DNA from: Gemmatimonadales bacterium
GTDB taxonomy: Bacteria; Gemmatimonadota; Gemmatimonadetes; Gemmatimonadales; GWC2-71-9
Length of the DNA stretch: 64,000 nt
Direction: 5' to 3'
NCBI GenBank assembly: GCA_035557715.1
Contig: DATMDQ010000151.1
Span: forward strand, 2,464-66,463
Of this stretch, positions 20,712 through 30,322 are shown piece by piece. Made by a program: the position numbers and the translations under genes. The notes beneath the pieces are model-generated. The model did no database searches. It worked only from the letters and a program-made list of their open reading frames with translations, and was not told the origin of the DNA. Position 1 is the first letter of the stretch; every line of letters begins with the position of its first letter.

Positions 20712-21587
20712 ATGGCCAAAACGACCACGGATACCGAAGTCACGATCGAAGCGCTTCTGGAGCAACGCTCGCAGTACGAAGAGTGGATCCTGCGCCTCGA
20801 CACGACTGGCGACAAGGCCTCACCCGCAGTGCGTCAACGGGTGCGGGGGGACTACGAGGCCCGGCTGGAGTCGGTGATGGAACAGCTGCGGGGTCGGAGT
20901 GCTGCCATTGCCGAAGAGCTCGAGCGGCAGCATGCCTCGCAGGCGGAGCTCGATCGGGAACGGCGCTCCGCGGAGGAGGCGCTGGCCGAGGCCGAGGTGC
21001 GGCACTCTGTCGGCGAGTACAGTGAGGACGAGTGGCGGCGGCATAGCGAGCAGAGCAAGAGAGGCATCGAGCAGCTGCGTTCCCGGCTGCGCGCCATCGG
21101 AAGCGAGATCACCCGGCTGACGGAAATTCAGGCGCTGATCTCGGGTACCCGCGCTACCGCCGCCCCGGCACCGCCCCCATCATCTCCGGCCCCCCGCCCG
21201 GCGCCCAGGCCCGAGGTTCTCGAGCAGGCACTCCTGGTGACTCACGTGGCCGACGAGCCGGAGCCTTCCCCGCCCGCGCCAAAGCCGCGCCAGCCGGAGC
21301 CCGCCGCAAGCCCGGTGGACGAGATGGCCTTCCTTAAGTCCGTGTCGGACGACGAGCCATCCCGGATCGCGAGCCGCCGGACCAACAATCCGGAGACACC
21401 TTCAGGCACCACAACTACCACAGCGCCGCGTGAATCCTCGGCGCCCAGCGCAACGGCGGCCGGCGGCGGTGGCGGAAAAGCCGCGTCTGGGGTCGCCAAG
21501 ACACTCAAGTGCGGGGAATGCGGGACGCTGAACCGCCCGACGGAGTGGTACTGCGAGCGCTGCGGGGCGGAGCTGGCGGGGGTGTAG
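20712..21587 (+). CDS. Hypothetical coiled-coil protein with Pro-rich linker and C-terminal zinc ribbon
   Basis: SD-like GAGAGG before ATG 20712; heptad-rich N-terminal half; CGECG...CERCG at the C-terminus. Confidence 0.7.
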   Translation: MAKTTTDTEVTIEALLEQRSQYEEWILRLDTTGDKASPAVRQRVRGDYEARLESVMEQLRGRSAAIAEELERQHASQAELDRERRSAEEALAEAEVRHSVGEYSEDEWRRHSEQSKRGIEQLRSRLRAIGSEITRLTEIQALISGTRATAAPAPPPSSPAPRPAPRPEVLEQALLVTHVADEPEPSPPAPKPRQPEPAASPVDEMAFLKSVSDDEPSRIASRRTNNPETPSGTTTTTAPRESSAPSATAAGGGGGKAASGVAKTLKCGECGTLNRPTEWYCERCGAELAGV

Positions 21588-21605
21588 GACGGGGAAGAAA
21601 AAAAC

Positions 21606-21766
21606 GTAAGCGGTGAGAGGTAAGCGGCAAACGAATACATCACCTACAATTACGGGCCTGACATAAAGCTGTTTCTCATGTTCCGGGCTCCAACGCAAAG
21701 GGGGCGCCCCACAACTGGCGCCCTCATCCTGTTGTCCCCGCTCACAGCTTACCGCTTACCGCTCAC
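21606..21766. repeat. Heptamer-array inverted repeat between convergent genes
   Basis: GTAAGCG/GTGAGAG/GTAAGCG (21606-27) versus complementary CCGCTCACAGCTTACCGCTTACCGCTCAC (21738-66). Confidence 0.75.
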
Positions 21767-22014
21767 TTCTTGGTGGCTACCAGCTTCGCCAGCCGGCTCT
21801 TCTGACGGGCCGCGGCGTTCTTATGGACGATGCTCTTCTGCGCGGCGCGGTCGAGCAGCTTCACAGCTTCGGCGTAGGCGGTGGCGGCCTCGGCACCGGT
21901 GGCGGCACGGACTTTTCTGAGCGCCGTCCGGAGCTCGCTTCGATGGGTACGGTTGTGAATGGCGCGGGCACGACCCTGGCGCATACGCTTGGCAGCGGAC
22001 TTGATACGGGGCAC
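21763..22014 (-). CDS. rpsT: 30S ribosomal protein S20
   Basis: GTG start; PRIKSAAKRMRQ...LLDRAAQKSIVHKNAAARQKSRL. Confidence 0.95.
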   Translation of the reverse strand: MPRIKSAAKRMRQGRARAIHNRTHRSELRTALRKVRAATGAEAATAYAEAVKLLDRAAQKSIVHKNAAARQKSRLAKLVATKK

Positions 22015-22209
22015 GGCAACCTCGGTTACGGAGAAATTCGTTCCGGAATCGATCCGGAAGCTGAGCCCGAAAAAATAGGCCACCGAGGCTGCAAGGTCAA
22101 GCGGGACGCGGTTTTGACTTTGCCCTTGTGGCACGTTTAACCTTCGGCGCTCCCCAGACCGAGGCGACTCCTGGATCGACAAATCGGCGATTTTATACTG
22201 GCCTTCCCC

Positions 22210-22872
22210 ATGCTGGTATTCGCTATGTGCGCTCATGAGTACGCCCACGCGGCGGTTGCGCTCCGGCAGGGTGACGACACGGCATATCGTCTTGGTCGAG
22301 TGACGCTGAATCCGCTGCCACACATCGATCCTTTCATGAGCATACTTTTGCCGGCCCTGCTCTGGTTTACCTCAGGTGGCAGCTTCACCTTCGGAGGGGC
22401 GAAGCCGGTGCCGGTGAACTCGGCGAACTACCGAAGCTACGTCAAGGGTGACATCCTGGTCTCGGCCGCGGGGGTCATCACCAACCTGATCCTGGCCCTC
22501 CTCTGGGCGGTGGTGTTCATATTGCTCGGCCAGATCGGAAGGTCCTTCACAGCAGCTGCGCCGGTGCTTGACACTGCCCAGCGGATGCTGGTCTTCGGCA
22601 TCTGGCTCAATCTGGTCCTCTGTTTCTTTAACCTGATACCCGTGCCTCCGTTGGATGGCTCGCATCTGTTCTACCATCTGCTCCCCCCTCGGGCCGGCCT
22701 TTGGTATCGCGGGCTGCAGCGCTTTGGCTACCTTCCGATATTCGCGCTGATGTTTCTGTTTCGGCCGGTGATGGTATTTCTGCTGGCTCCGGCCTACAAG
22801 GGAATGATGCTCCTCCTTCAAGTCATCTACCCGTTTCGAGTGGGCCAAGGATGGAACATCTTTCAGTCATGA
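22210..22872 (+). CDS. Site-2 protease (peptidase M50)
   Basis: HEYAH zinc motif, NPLPHIDP, FNLIPVPPLDG. True start may be the in-frame CTG at 22171, which follows GAGG. Confidence 0.88.
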   Translation: MLVFAMCAHEYAHAAVALRQGDDTAYRLGRVTLNPLPHIDPFMSILLPALLWFTSGGSFTFGGAKPVPVNSANYRSYVKGDILVSAAGVITNLILALLWAVVFILLGQIGRSFTAAAPVLDTAQRMLVFGIWLNLVLCFFNLIPVPPLDGSHLFYHLLPPRAGLWYRGLQRFGYLPIFALMFLFRPVMVFLLAPAYKGMMLLLQVIYPFRVGQGWNIFQS

Positions 22873-23627
22873 CCGCCACCGACACCGCCACCCTTCCCGA
22901 AGTGCCGACTACCGCCTTCGGCGCTGGCTTCGTGGTGGAGCTGGAGGCGTTCTCCGGACCGCTCGACCTGCTGCTGCACTTGCTGCGGGAAGAGGAGCTT
23001 GAGATAGCCGACATCCCCATCGCGCGGATCGCCGATCAATTCCTTCAGGCGGTGCACGAGCTGGGCCTCAATCAGGCGGCCGACTACCTCGATATGGCGA
23101 GCCGGCTGGTGCGGCTCAAGGCGCAGATGCTGCTGCCGCGCGGCTCCGAGGAGGATGGCTGGGAAGATCCCCGGGCGGAGCTGGTGCGGCGACTGCTGGA
23201 GTATCAGCAGATTCGGGAGGTCGCGGTCTGCCTGGGGCGGGCTGCCGACAAGCGGGCGGAGCAGTTCGCCCGGGGCTACCTGCCGCCGCCACCGTTGCTG
23301 CCGCCTCCGCCGCTGACGCTCAATCTGTTCGACCTGCTCGCCGCCATCGACCGGGTCATTGCCGGGATCCCCTCGCCGGTACTGCACCGCGTGGTGGCCC
23401 GGCCGCTGGATGTAGAATCGGCCACTCGCAGGATCGAGGACCTTCTCCTGGACCGGGAAGAGATCCGCTGGCTCGACGCGCTCGGGTCGGGAGCCACGAT
23501 CGTCGACGTGCTCTCGACTCTGCTGGCCCTGCTGGAGCTGGCCAAGCGCGGAAGTCTCCGGCTGGTTCAGTCCACTCCCTTCTGCCCGATGGTGATCGCC
23601 CGTGAGTCCCCTCGCCCAGCTGCTTGA
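22869..23627 (+). CDS. scpA: Segregation and condensation protein A
   Basis: FSGPLDLLLHL, KAQMLLP, DPRAELVRRLLEYQQ, LALLELAK. Confidence 0.9.
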   Translation: MTATDTATLPEVPTTAFGAGFVVELEAFSGPLDLLLHLLREEELEIADIPIARIADQFLQAVHELGLNQAADYLDMASRLVRLKAQMLLPRGSEEDGWEDPRAELVRRLLEYQQIREVAVCLGRAADKRAEQFARGYLPPPPLLPPPPLTLNLFDLLAAIDRVIAGIPSPVLHRVVARPLDVESATRRIEDLLLDREEIRWLDALGSGATIVDVLSTLLALLELAKRGSLRLVQSTPFCPMVIARESPRPAA

Positions 23628-24186
23628 GGCCGCGCTCTTCTCCGCCGGCCGGCCTCTGACCGCGGAGGAGCTGGCGACCCTCGACCCGGACGCCAACGCG
23701 GCCGACGTGCGGGTAGCGCTGGAGCAGCTCCGGGAGCACTACGACTTCAATCAGCACGGGGTGGAGCTCGTGGAGCTCGCCGGCGGGTACCAGATCCTGA
23801 CCCGGCCGGTGCACGCGGCGGCCATCGAGCGGGCGCAGTTCTCGGTGCGCGCTCCGAAGCTCACCGCCGCCACGCTGGAGACGCTGGCGGTCATCGCATA
23901 CCGGCAGCCGGTGGGGCGGGTGGCGATCGAGGAGATTCGCGGCGTCTCGGCCGGCGGGGTGCTGCGATCGCTGCAGGAGCGTGGCCTGATCGAAGTCGTC
24001 GGACGCAGCGAGGCGCTGGGACGCCCGCTCCTCTACGGGACGACGGCGCTCTTCCTGGAGCTCCTGGGGATGCGGGACCTGGCCGAGCTTCCCAAGGCCG
24101 AGGAGCTCACCATCGCGCTGCGCCCGCACCTGGCCACGTCCGAAGGCGAGGACGACGCGGCGGCGTATGTCGAGGCCGAGTCATGA
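23602..24186 (+). CDS. scpB: Segregation and condensation protein B
   Basis: LEAALF, AGGYQILT, LETLAVIAYRQPV, IRGV, RPLLYGTT. Confidence 0.92.
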   Translation: MSPLAQLLEAALFSAGRPLTAEELATLDPDANAADVRVALEQLREHYDFNQHGVELVELAGGYQILTRPVHAAAIERAQFSVRAPKLTAATLETLAVIAYRQPVGRVAIEEIRGVSAGGVLRSLQERGLIEVVGRSEALGRPLLYGTTALFLELLGMRDLAELPKAEELTIALRPHLATSEGEDDAAAYVEAES

Positions 24187-24977
24187 CTGAGATGCGGCTC
24201 CAGCGTGCGCTGGCTCGGGCCGGTGTGGCATCCCGGCGGGCCGCCGAGAAGCTGATCGAGGATGGCCAGGTAAAGGTGGACGGCAAACCGGCCACGCTCG
24301 GGATGAAAGTGGACCCCGACCGCCAACGGATCACCGTCGGCAGAAAGCCGGTCAAGACGCGGGATCGCCGGTGGCTCGCGTTCCATAAGCCTCTCGGTGT
24401 GGTTACGACGGCCAACGATGAGGAGGGACGCCGCACGGTGCTCGACTTCATCCCTGATCCCGCCGCTCTCACCTACGTGGGCCGGCTCGACGTCATGACC
24501 ACTGGGCTGCTGATCCTGACCACCGACGGTGAGGCGGTACACCGTCTGACCCATCCGAAGTACCGGATCCCCCGCCGCTACACCGCCCTGGTGCACGGAA
24601 AGCCGACGGCCGAGATCGCGGCGCTGGCACGGGAGAAGACCGTCATCGACGGCAGGGCCGTGGTGCCGACCGACGTCCGGGTCAGACCAGGCAAGGACGG
24701 TCGAAGCATCCTGGACCTCACCCTCGAGGAAGGGCGTAACCGGATCGTTCGCCGCTGGTGCGAGGCCATGGGTCTCAAGGTCGAGCGGCTGGCGCGTCTC
24801 TCGTACGGACCCGTCAGGTTAGGAGATCTCGCGCCGGGCCGGTACCGGCCGCTGACACCGCGGGAGGAGGCCGCGCTCTACAAGGCGGTGCATCTCACGC
24901 CGGAAGGCACTGAAACCCGTTCCGCCGAGAGGGCGTCGGGTAAGCGGCCCCGTCCCACATCGAGGAGTACGAAGTGA
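24183..24977 (+). CDS. rluB: rRNA pseudouridine synthase (RluB/RsuA family)
   Basis: S4 domain (RLQRALARAGVASRR), GRLD catalytic Asp, EGRNRIVRR. Confidence 0.8.
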   Translation: MTEMRLQRALARAGVASRRAAEKLIEDGQVKVDGKPATLGMKVDPDRQRITVGRKPVKTRDRRWLAFHKPLGVVTTANDEEGRRTVLDFIPDPAALTYVGRLDVMTTGLLILTTDGEAVHRLTHPKYRIPRRYTALVHGKPTAEIAALAREKTVIDGRAVVPTDVRVRPGKDGRSILDLTLEEGRNRIVRRWCEAMGLKVERLARLSYGPVRLGDLAPGRYRPLTPREEAALYKAVHLTPEGTETRSAERASGKRPRPTSRSTK

Positions 24978-25954
24978 GCGCCACCAAGCTGAGCCCCAAA
25001 CCCGCCGAGCTGCTGCCGGTTCAGCGGATTCTGAAGGAAGTATCTCGACGCATCGTGGGGCAGGATGCCATGGTGGAGCGGCTCCTGGTGGGCCTGCTGA
25101 CGGGCGGCCACATCCTGCTGGAGGGCGTGCCGGGCCTGGCCAAGACGCTCGCCGTCAAGACCCTCTCGGAGATCATTCACGCTTCGTTCTCCCGCATTCA
25201 GTTCACTCCCGACCTCCTGCCGGCCGACGTCATCGGTACCATGGTCTTCAACCAGAAGAACCAGGAGTTTCACGTCAAGAAAGGACCGCTGTTCGCCCAG
25301 ATCATCCTGGCCGACGAGATCAATCGGGCGCCGGCCAAGGTCCAGGCGGCGTTGCTAGAGGCGATGCAGGAGCATCAGGTGACCATCGGCGGTGCGACCT
25401 ATCCGCTGCAGGAGCCTTTCATGGTGCTCGCCACGCAGAACCCGATCGAGAGCGAGGGCACCTATCCGCTTCCCGAGGCGCAGCTCGACCGCTTCATGCT
25501 GAAGGTGCGAGTCGGCTATCCCACCCGAGACGAGGAGAAAGAGATTCTGCTGCGGATGAGCGGTGGCCAGGAGATTGCCGTCGAGCGCCTGCTGGACCCC
25601 GACGACATCCTGGCGGCTCGCAAGGCGATTGCCGGGCTCTACATGGACCAGAAGGTGGTGGATTACATCGTCGATCTCATCCGCGCCACGCGCGATCCGG
25701 GGCTGGTAGGCCTCAACGACCTCAAGCCCCTGGTCGCGTTCGGCGGATCACCTCGCGCGTCCATTGCGCTGGCACAGGCGGCGCGAGCGCACGCCTTCCT
25801 GCGCGAGCGGGCCTACGTGGTTCCCGAGGATGTGCGGGCCCTGGCCCCCGACGTGCTGCGCCACCGGATCGTGCTGACGTTCGAGGCGGAGGCCGAGGAC
25901 GTGTCCACCGACGATGTGGTGACACGGGTGCTCGGTGCGTTGAAGGTTCCGTGA
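24974..25954 (+). CDS. moxR: MoxR-family AAA+ ATPase
   Basis: LEGVPGLAKT, RIQFTPDLLPAD, DEINRAPAK, ATQNPIE, LPEAQLDRF. Confidence 0.92.
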   Translation: MSATKLSPKPAELLPVQRILKEVSRRIVGQDAMVERLLVGLLTGGHILLEGVPGLAKTLAVKTLSEIIHASFSRIQFTPDLLPADVIGTMVFNQKNQEFHVKKGPLFAQIILADEINRAPAKVQAALLEAMQEHQVTIGGATYPLQEPFMVLATQNPIESEGTYPLPEAQLDRFMLKVRVGYPTRDEEKEILLRMSGGQEIAVERLLDPDDILAARKAIAGLYMDQKVVDYIVDLIRATRDPGLVGLNDLKPLVAFGGSPRASIALAQAARAHAFLRERAYVVPEDVRALAPDVLRHRIVLTFEAEAEDVSTDDVVTRVLGALKVP

Positions 25955-25964
25955 TCGCGGTCGC

Positions 25965-26013
25965 GAGTCGTGAGCCCAAGTGACTCCTGACTCCCGACTC
26001 GTGACTCCCGACT
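25965..26013. repeat. Heptamer array GACTC[C/G][C/T] x4 with a short complementary arm
   Basis: GACTCCT GACTCCC GACTCGT GACTCCC at 25982-26009; GAGTCGTGAG at 25965-74. Confidence 0.7.
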
Positions 26014-26017
26014 GACC

Positions 26018-26902
26018 ATGCCCATCTCCCCCGAAATCCTGAAGCAAGTCAAGGCGATCGAGCTCCGAACCCGGGGCCTGGTGGGCTCGCTCTTCGCGGG
26101 TGAGTATCGGTCCGTCTTTCGCGGGCAGGGAATGGAGTTCGCCGAGGTTCGGGCCTACGAACACGGCGACGACTTCCGCTCTATCGACTGGAACGTGTCG
26201 GCCCGCCTGGCCAGTCCCTATGTGAAGACCTTCACCGAGGAGCGGGAGCTCACCGTCATGCTGGTGGTGGATCAGTCCGGATCGACACGCTTCGGTGAGC
26301 CGGTGACCAAGGCCGCGCTCTCAGTGGAGATCGCGGCCGTCCTGGCACTCGCCGCGGCGCACCATAATGACCGGGTGGGAGCGTTGCTCTTCTCCGACAC
26401 AGTCGAGCGGGTGATCCCGCCGCGAAAGGGCCGCCGCCATGCGCTTCGGGTGATCCGCGACCTGGTGGCATTTCAGCCCTCGGGCCGGCGCACCAATCTG
26501 GGGGCCAGTCTCTCCTACGCCAGCCGGGTGCTTCGGCATCGGAGCATCGTCGTGGTGCTCTCCGATTTTATCGCCGAAGGATGGGAGCGCCCGCTCCGCC
26601 GGCTCGGCGCGCGTCACGACGTGGTAGCCATCACGGTGGACGATCCCCGGGAGCACCACCTGCCGGAGTCGGGATGGATCGAGATCGTGGATGCCGAGTC
26701 CGAACGCCGGGTGCTGGTGGATACCGGGAGCAGGGAAGTGCGGGCCCGGGTCGCGTTGCTGGCTGAGCGTCGCAGGGAGGATAGAGCCCGGGCTCTCGCC
26801 GCGTCGGGAGCCGACCACGTCAGGCTGGAGACCGGCAGGGATTACGCCATCCCGTTGCGCCGCGCCTTTGCCCGGCGCGCCCGCCGGATCAATCGCGCGT
26901 GA
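26018..26902 (+). CDS. DUF58 (vWA-like) protein of the MoxR/Bat operon
   Basis: GMEFAEVRAYEHGDDFRSIDWNVSAR, EERELT, DQSGS, SDF. Confidence 0.88.
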   Translation: MPISPEILKQVKAIELRTRGLVGSLFAGEYRSVFRGQGMEFAEVRAYEHGDDFRSIDWNVSARLASPYVKTFTEERELTVMLVVDQSGSTRFGEPVTKAALSVEIAAVLALAAAHHNDRVGALLFSDTVERVIPPRKGRRHALRVIRDLVAFQPSGRRTNLGASLSYASRVLRHRSIVVVLSDFIAEGWERPLRRLGARHDVVAITVDDPREHHLPESGWIEIVDAESERRVLVDTGSREVRARVALLAERRREDRARALAASGADHVRLETGRDYAIPLRRAFARRARRINRA

Positions 26903-27714
26903 TCGCGCTGCTGGCAGTGAGCCTCATGCTGCAGGGCAGCACACCGACTGTCGGCGACACCGTGTGGCTCAGCCGAACGGTGGGAGTTCCTGCCGGCTAC
27001 GCTGTCCGAGCCACCGACTGGGAGCCCGCCGACCCGATCGAGCTGCTGGGACGCGGCAAGGTGGTCATGACCGGAGACTCGGCCAGGATCACGTACCCCG
27101 TGGTGCTCTGGCGGCCGGGGCAACACACCATCGACCCTCCCGGACCGCTGCTACTTGGGCCTGGCGGGACGGTGGATTCGCTTCCAACGGCGCGGGTGAA
27201 CGTTGAGGTTCGGAGTGTCCTGCCTCGGGTATCGCCGGATTCCCTGTCGCCCCAGCCTCGGGCCAGTCTTGTTACCCGCAGAGTGGTCAGCCTGTTCCCG
27301 GTTCTCGGTCTCTGGCTGGTGGCTGCGATTCTGCTTCTGCCACTTCACCTCTGGTGGCGCAGGCGGGGCAAGCCGGCTCGTACGACCACGCCTCCACTCC
27401 GGCCCGAAGCGCTCACGGCTCCGCTGGCCCGTTGGGCCGATGCGGGCGAATACCGCGCCGTCGCGAACGTCGCCACCGCCCGTCTTCGGGCTGCGATGGA
27501 GCAACGCGTGGCTTCGGCGCATCCGGGCCTGGACACCGAGCGGGTTTTGGCCGAGATCGCCGCTGCGCGGCCGGAGTGGCCGCTACGGGAACTGGGTGAG
27601 CTGCTTCGGGCGCTGGATGATGTGCGCTTTGGCCTGGTGCCCTCCTCTGAGGCGCTGAGGCTCTCACAGGCGACGACCGAGATGCGCGACCGCCTGCTGC
27701 GGGAGGCCGCGTGA
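26899..27714 (+). CDS. Bat-operon exported/membrane protein (BatD-like Ig domain plus TM)
   Basis: Signal-like N-terminus, TVGDTV, TM helix ending WWRRRG; translationally coupled on both sides. Confidence 0.65.
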   Translation: MIALLAVSLMLQGSTPTVGDTVWLSRTVGVPAGYAVRATDWEPADPIELLGRGKVVMTGDSARITYPVVLWRPGQHTIDPPGPLLLGPGGTVDSLPTARVNVEVRSVLPRVSPDSLSPQPRASLVTRRVVSLFPVLGLWLVAAILLLPLHLWWRRRGKPARTTTPPLRPEALTAPLARWADAGEYRAVANVATARLRAAMEQRVASAHPGLDTERVLAEIAAARPEWPLRELGELLRALDDVRFGLVPSSEALRLSQATTEMRDRLLREAA

Positions 27715-28688
27715 GCTTCGCCCGCCCCTGGCTCCTGGTATTGCTCCTGCTCGCTCTCGCCTTCTGGTGGTGGCGGCGCCGCAAGGGTGTGGTTCCCGCG
27801 GCCAAGTACAGCGACGTCACCCTTCCGGCCGAAGCGGTGAGGCGGCGGTGGTGGGTGATGCTTCCACCGGCGCTTCGCGCGCTGGCGTTGACCGGGCTCG
27901 TCGTGGCGGCCGCCGGCCCTCGGATCGGCGGCGACACGGTGGAGGTGAAGCAGGAAGGAATCGCGATCGTCATCACCATCGATATCTCCAGCAGCATGCT
28001 GGCAGAAGACTTCGCTCCATCCAATCGTCTGGAAGTGGCCAAACGGCAGGCAGTCGGATTCATCCGCGGCCGAAGCGCCGACCGGATCGGACTGGTAGCC
28101 TTTGCCGGCGAGGCGCTCACCCAGGTACCGGTAACCCTGGACTACCCCGTGATCGAACAAGCGGTCATGGACCTGAAGATCGGCAGTCTGGAAGACGGCA
28201 CCGCGATCGGCAGCGGTCTGGCCACCGCCGTGAACCGGCTCCGGCGCGCACCTGACAAGTCGAAGGTGATCCTGCTGCTGACCGACGGCGAGAACAACAA
28301 GGGCTTGATCGATCCCCGAACCGCGGCGGCCACGGCCGCGGCGTTCGGCATCAAGGTATATACCATAGGCGTGGGGACGATCGGTGAGGCACCCATTCCT
28401 ACCGGCCGCGGGCTCGGGGGTTTCCGCTACGAGCTGCTGCCCGTGCGCATCGACGAGCCGCTGCTCCAGGAGATCGCGCAGAAGACGGGCGGACGGTACT
28501 TCAGGGCCAAGGACAGCGAGGCACTGAGCCGGATCTTCCGCCAGATCGATGCGTTGGAGAAGACGCCGATCCAGATTACCCGCTACACCCGATACGACGA
28601 GACCACCCGGCCCCTGATCCTGCTGGGCCTCGGTGCGCTGGCCCTGGAGCTTCTACTCGCCTCGACTCTGGTGGTGCGGGTTCCATGA
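27711..28688 (+). CDS. batA: vWA-domain membrane protein BatA
   Basis: FARPWLL, DISSSM MIDAS, DRIGLVAFAG, GTAIGSGL, LLTDGENN, IYTIGVG-like YTIGVG. Confidence 0.85.
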   Translation: MSFARPWLLVLLLLALAFWWWRRRKGVVPAAKYSDVTLPAEAVRRRWWVMLPPALRALALTGLVVAAAGPRIGGDTVEVKQEGIAIVITIDISSSMLAEDFAPSNRLEVAKRQAVGFIRGRSADRIGLVAFAGEALTQVPVTLDYPVIEQAVMDLKIGSLEDGTAIGSGLATAVNRLRRAPDKSKVILLLTDGENNKGLIDPRTAAATAAAFGIKVYTIGVGTIGEAPIPTGRGLGGFRYELLPVRIDEPLLQEIAQKTGGRYFRAKDSEALSRIFRQIDALEKTPIQITRYTRYDETTRPLILLGLGALALELLLASTLVVRVP

Positions 28689-30322
28689 CCTTCGATTCTC
28701 CGCTGGTTCTCTTTCTTGCTCCGGTGCTTGCGGTGGCGTTCGGATGCGCGGCCTGGCTCGCGCGCCGACGCCGGGTGCAATTGGCCCGGCGGTGGTCTCC
28801 CTCGCTCGCCCGGATTGCCCGCGCCCGCGGAGGCTGGGCTCCGGCGGTTATCGGTGTGGCGGTGCTCCTGGCTGGAATCGGCCTGGCAGGACCGCGCTCC
28901 GGTCGCACCGAGGTGAAGACCGAGACCCGAGCGCTCAGTCTGGTCTTCGCCATGGATATCAGCCGATCGATGCTGGCGGAGGACGTGGCACCGAGCCGGC
29001 TGCTGCGCGCCTCCCGGGAGGCACGCCGGCTGATTCAGGATCTCGAGGGCGATCGGCTGGGTATGATCGCGTTTGCCGGCCGGAGCTACATCCTCGCGCC
29101 ACTCACGGTGGATGGCGGGGCCATCCGGATGTACCTCGATGCGCTGGATCCCGATCTCGCCAGCGAAGGAGGTACCAGCCTCGCCGCGGTTCTCACCCAG
29201 GGTGCCCAGCTTCTCGGGGCCGCCACCGACGCCGCCGATCGGGTGCTGGTGCTCTTCACCGATGGCGAAGCGCACGACACGCTGCCGGAGGCGATCGCGG
29301 CGGCCGAAACGCTCAAGGACGAGGGCGTGCGCCTGATCGTGGTGGCCCAGGGGCGGGCGCTGCCGACTCGAATACCGCTCCGGGACTCGGCGGGCACCTT
29401 ACTGGAATACAAGCAGGACGAGGCGGGAAATGTGGTCCGGACTCAGAGACGAGATGATGTATTGCGCGCCGTGGTGGAGGCGGCTGAGGGGACGCTGGTT
29501 CCTAGCGAGCTACCGGACCAGGCCGGAGCAGTGCGCGACGTCGTGGCTGCCATGAAGCGAAGTCCCACTTCGGACACTCGAACCAACGATCTGGTGCCGC
29601 GGGCGTGGATTCCGGTGCTGGCGGCTGGCATCATGCTGTTGGGCTACACCATCGCCCGGCCGGGGCCGGCGTTGGTCAGCTTCGCCGGGCTCCTGCTGCT
29701 ATCCAACTCCGCCGCGGCGCAGCGCCCGACGACCGGCTACCGCGCAATGGACGCAGGCGATCCCGCCGGAGCCGCGGCGGAGTTTCTGAAGGAGGCACAG
29801 GGCAGCGCACGCGACACCGCCTTCTATAACGCAGGCACGGCAGCCCTGGATGCCCAGCGGTTCGAGATTGCCCAGGGCGCCTTGACCGAAGCGGCCAAGT
29901 CACTCGATCCGGACCTCAGGTACCGCGCACTTTACAATCTGGGCGTAGCCGGCCTCCTCGCGGCGGCGGCCGATACCGCCAAGCGGAATGAGCATCTCGA
30001 TCAGGCCGCCGAGCGGCTTCGTGAAGCATTGCTGCTGCAACCCTCCTCGGCCCGCGCCAAATGGAATCTTGAGCTGACCCTGCGCCGCCAGCCGCCGCCA
30101 TCGGGAGGCGGAGGTGGCGGAGGTGGTAAGCCGCCTGCGGGCGGCGGCGGCGGCGGCTCACAATCGCCGGAGCCCGCGCGGCCCGAGCCCCAGGACCAGG
30201 AGCTCAGCCGAAGCCAGGCAGAACAGATCCTGAACTCGATGGAGCGTCGGGAGCGGGAGACCCGCTCGGACCAGCAGCGCCGGCTCAAAGGCAGCTCCGG
30301 TGGTGGAGTGAAGGACTGGTGA
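28685..30322 (+). CDS. BatB vWA domain fused to a BatC-like TPR domain
   Basis: DISRSM, FTDGE in the N-terminal part; after an internal TM/signal segment come TPR motifs FYNAGT, ALYNLG, AKWNLEL and a Gly/Pro tail. Confidence 0.78.
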   Translation: MTFDSPLVLFLAPVLAVAFGCAAWLARRRRVQLARRWSPSLARIARARGGWAPAVIGVAVLLAGIGLAGPRSGRTEVKTETRALSLVFAMDISRSMLAEDVAPSRLLRASREARRLIQDLEGDRLGMIAFAGRSYILAPLTVDGGAIRMYLDALDPDLASEGGTSLAAVLTQGAQLLGAATDAADRVLVLFTDGEAHDTLPEAIAAAETLKDEGVRLIVVAQGRALPTRIPLRDSAGTLLEYKQDEAGNVVRTQRRDDVLRAVVEAAEGTLVPSELPDQAGAVRDVVAAMKRSPTSDTRTNDLVPRAWIPVLAAGIMLLGYTIARPGPALVSFAGLLLLSNSAAAQRPTTGYRAMDAGDPAGAAAEFLKEAQGSARDTAFYNAGTAALDAQRFEIAQGALTEAAKSLDPDLRYRALYNLGVAGLLAAAADTAKRNEHLDQAAERLREALLLQPSSARAKWNLELTLRRQPPPSGGGGGGGGKPPAGGGGGGSQSPEPARPEPQDQELSRSQAEQILNSMERRERETRSDQQRRLKGSSGGGVKDW

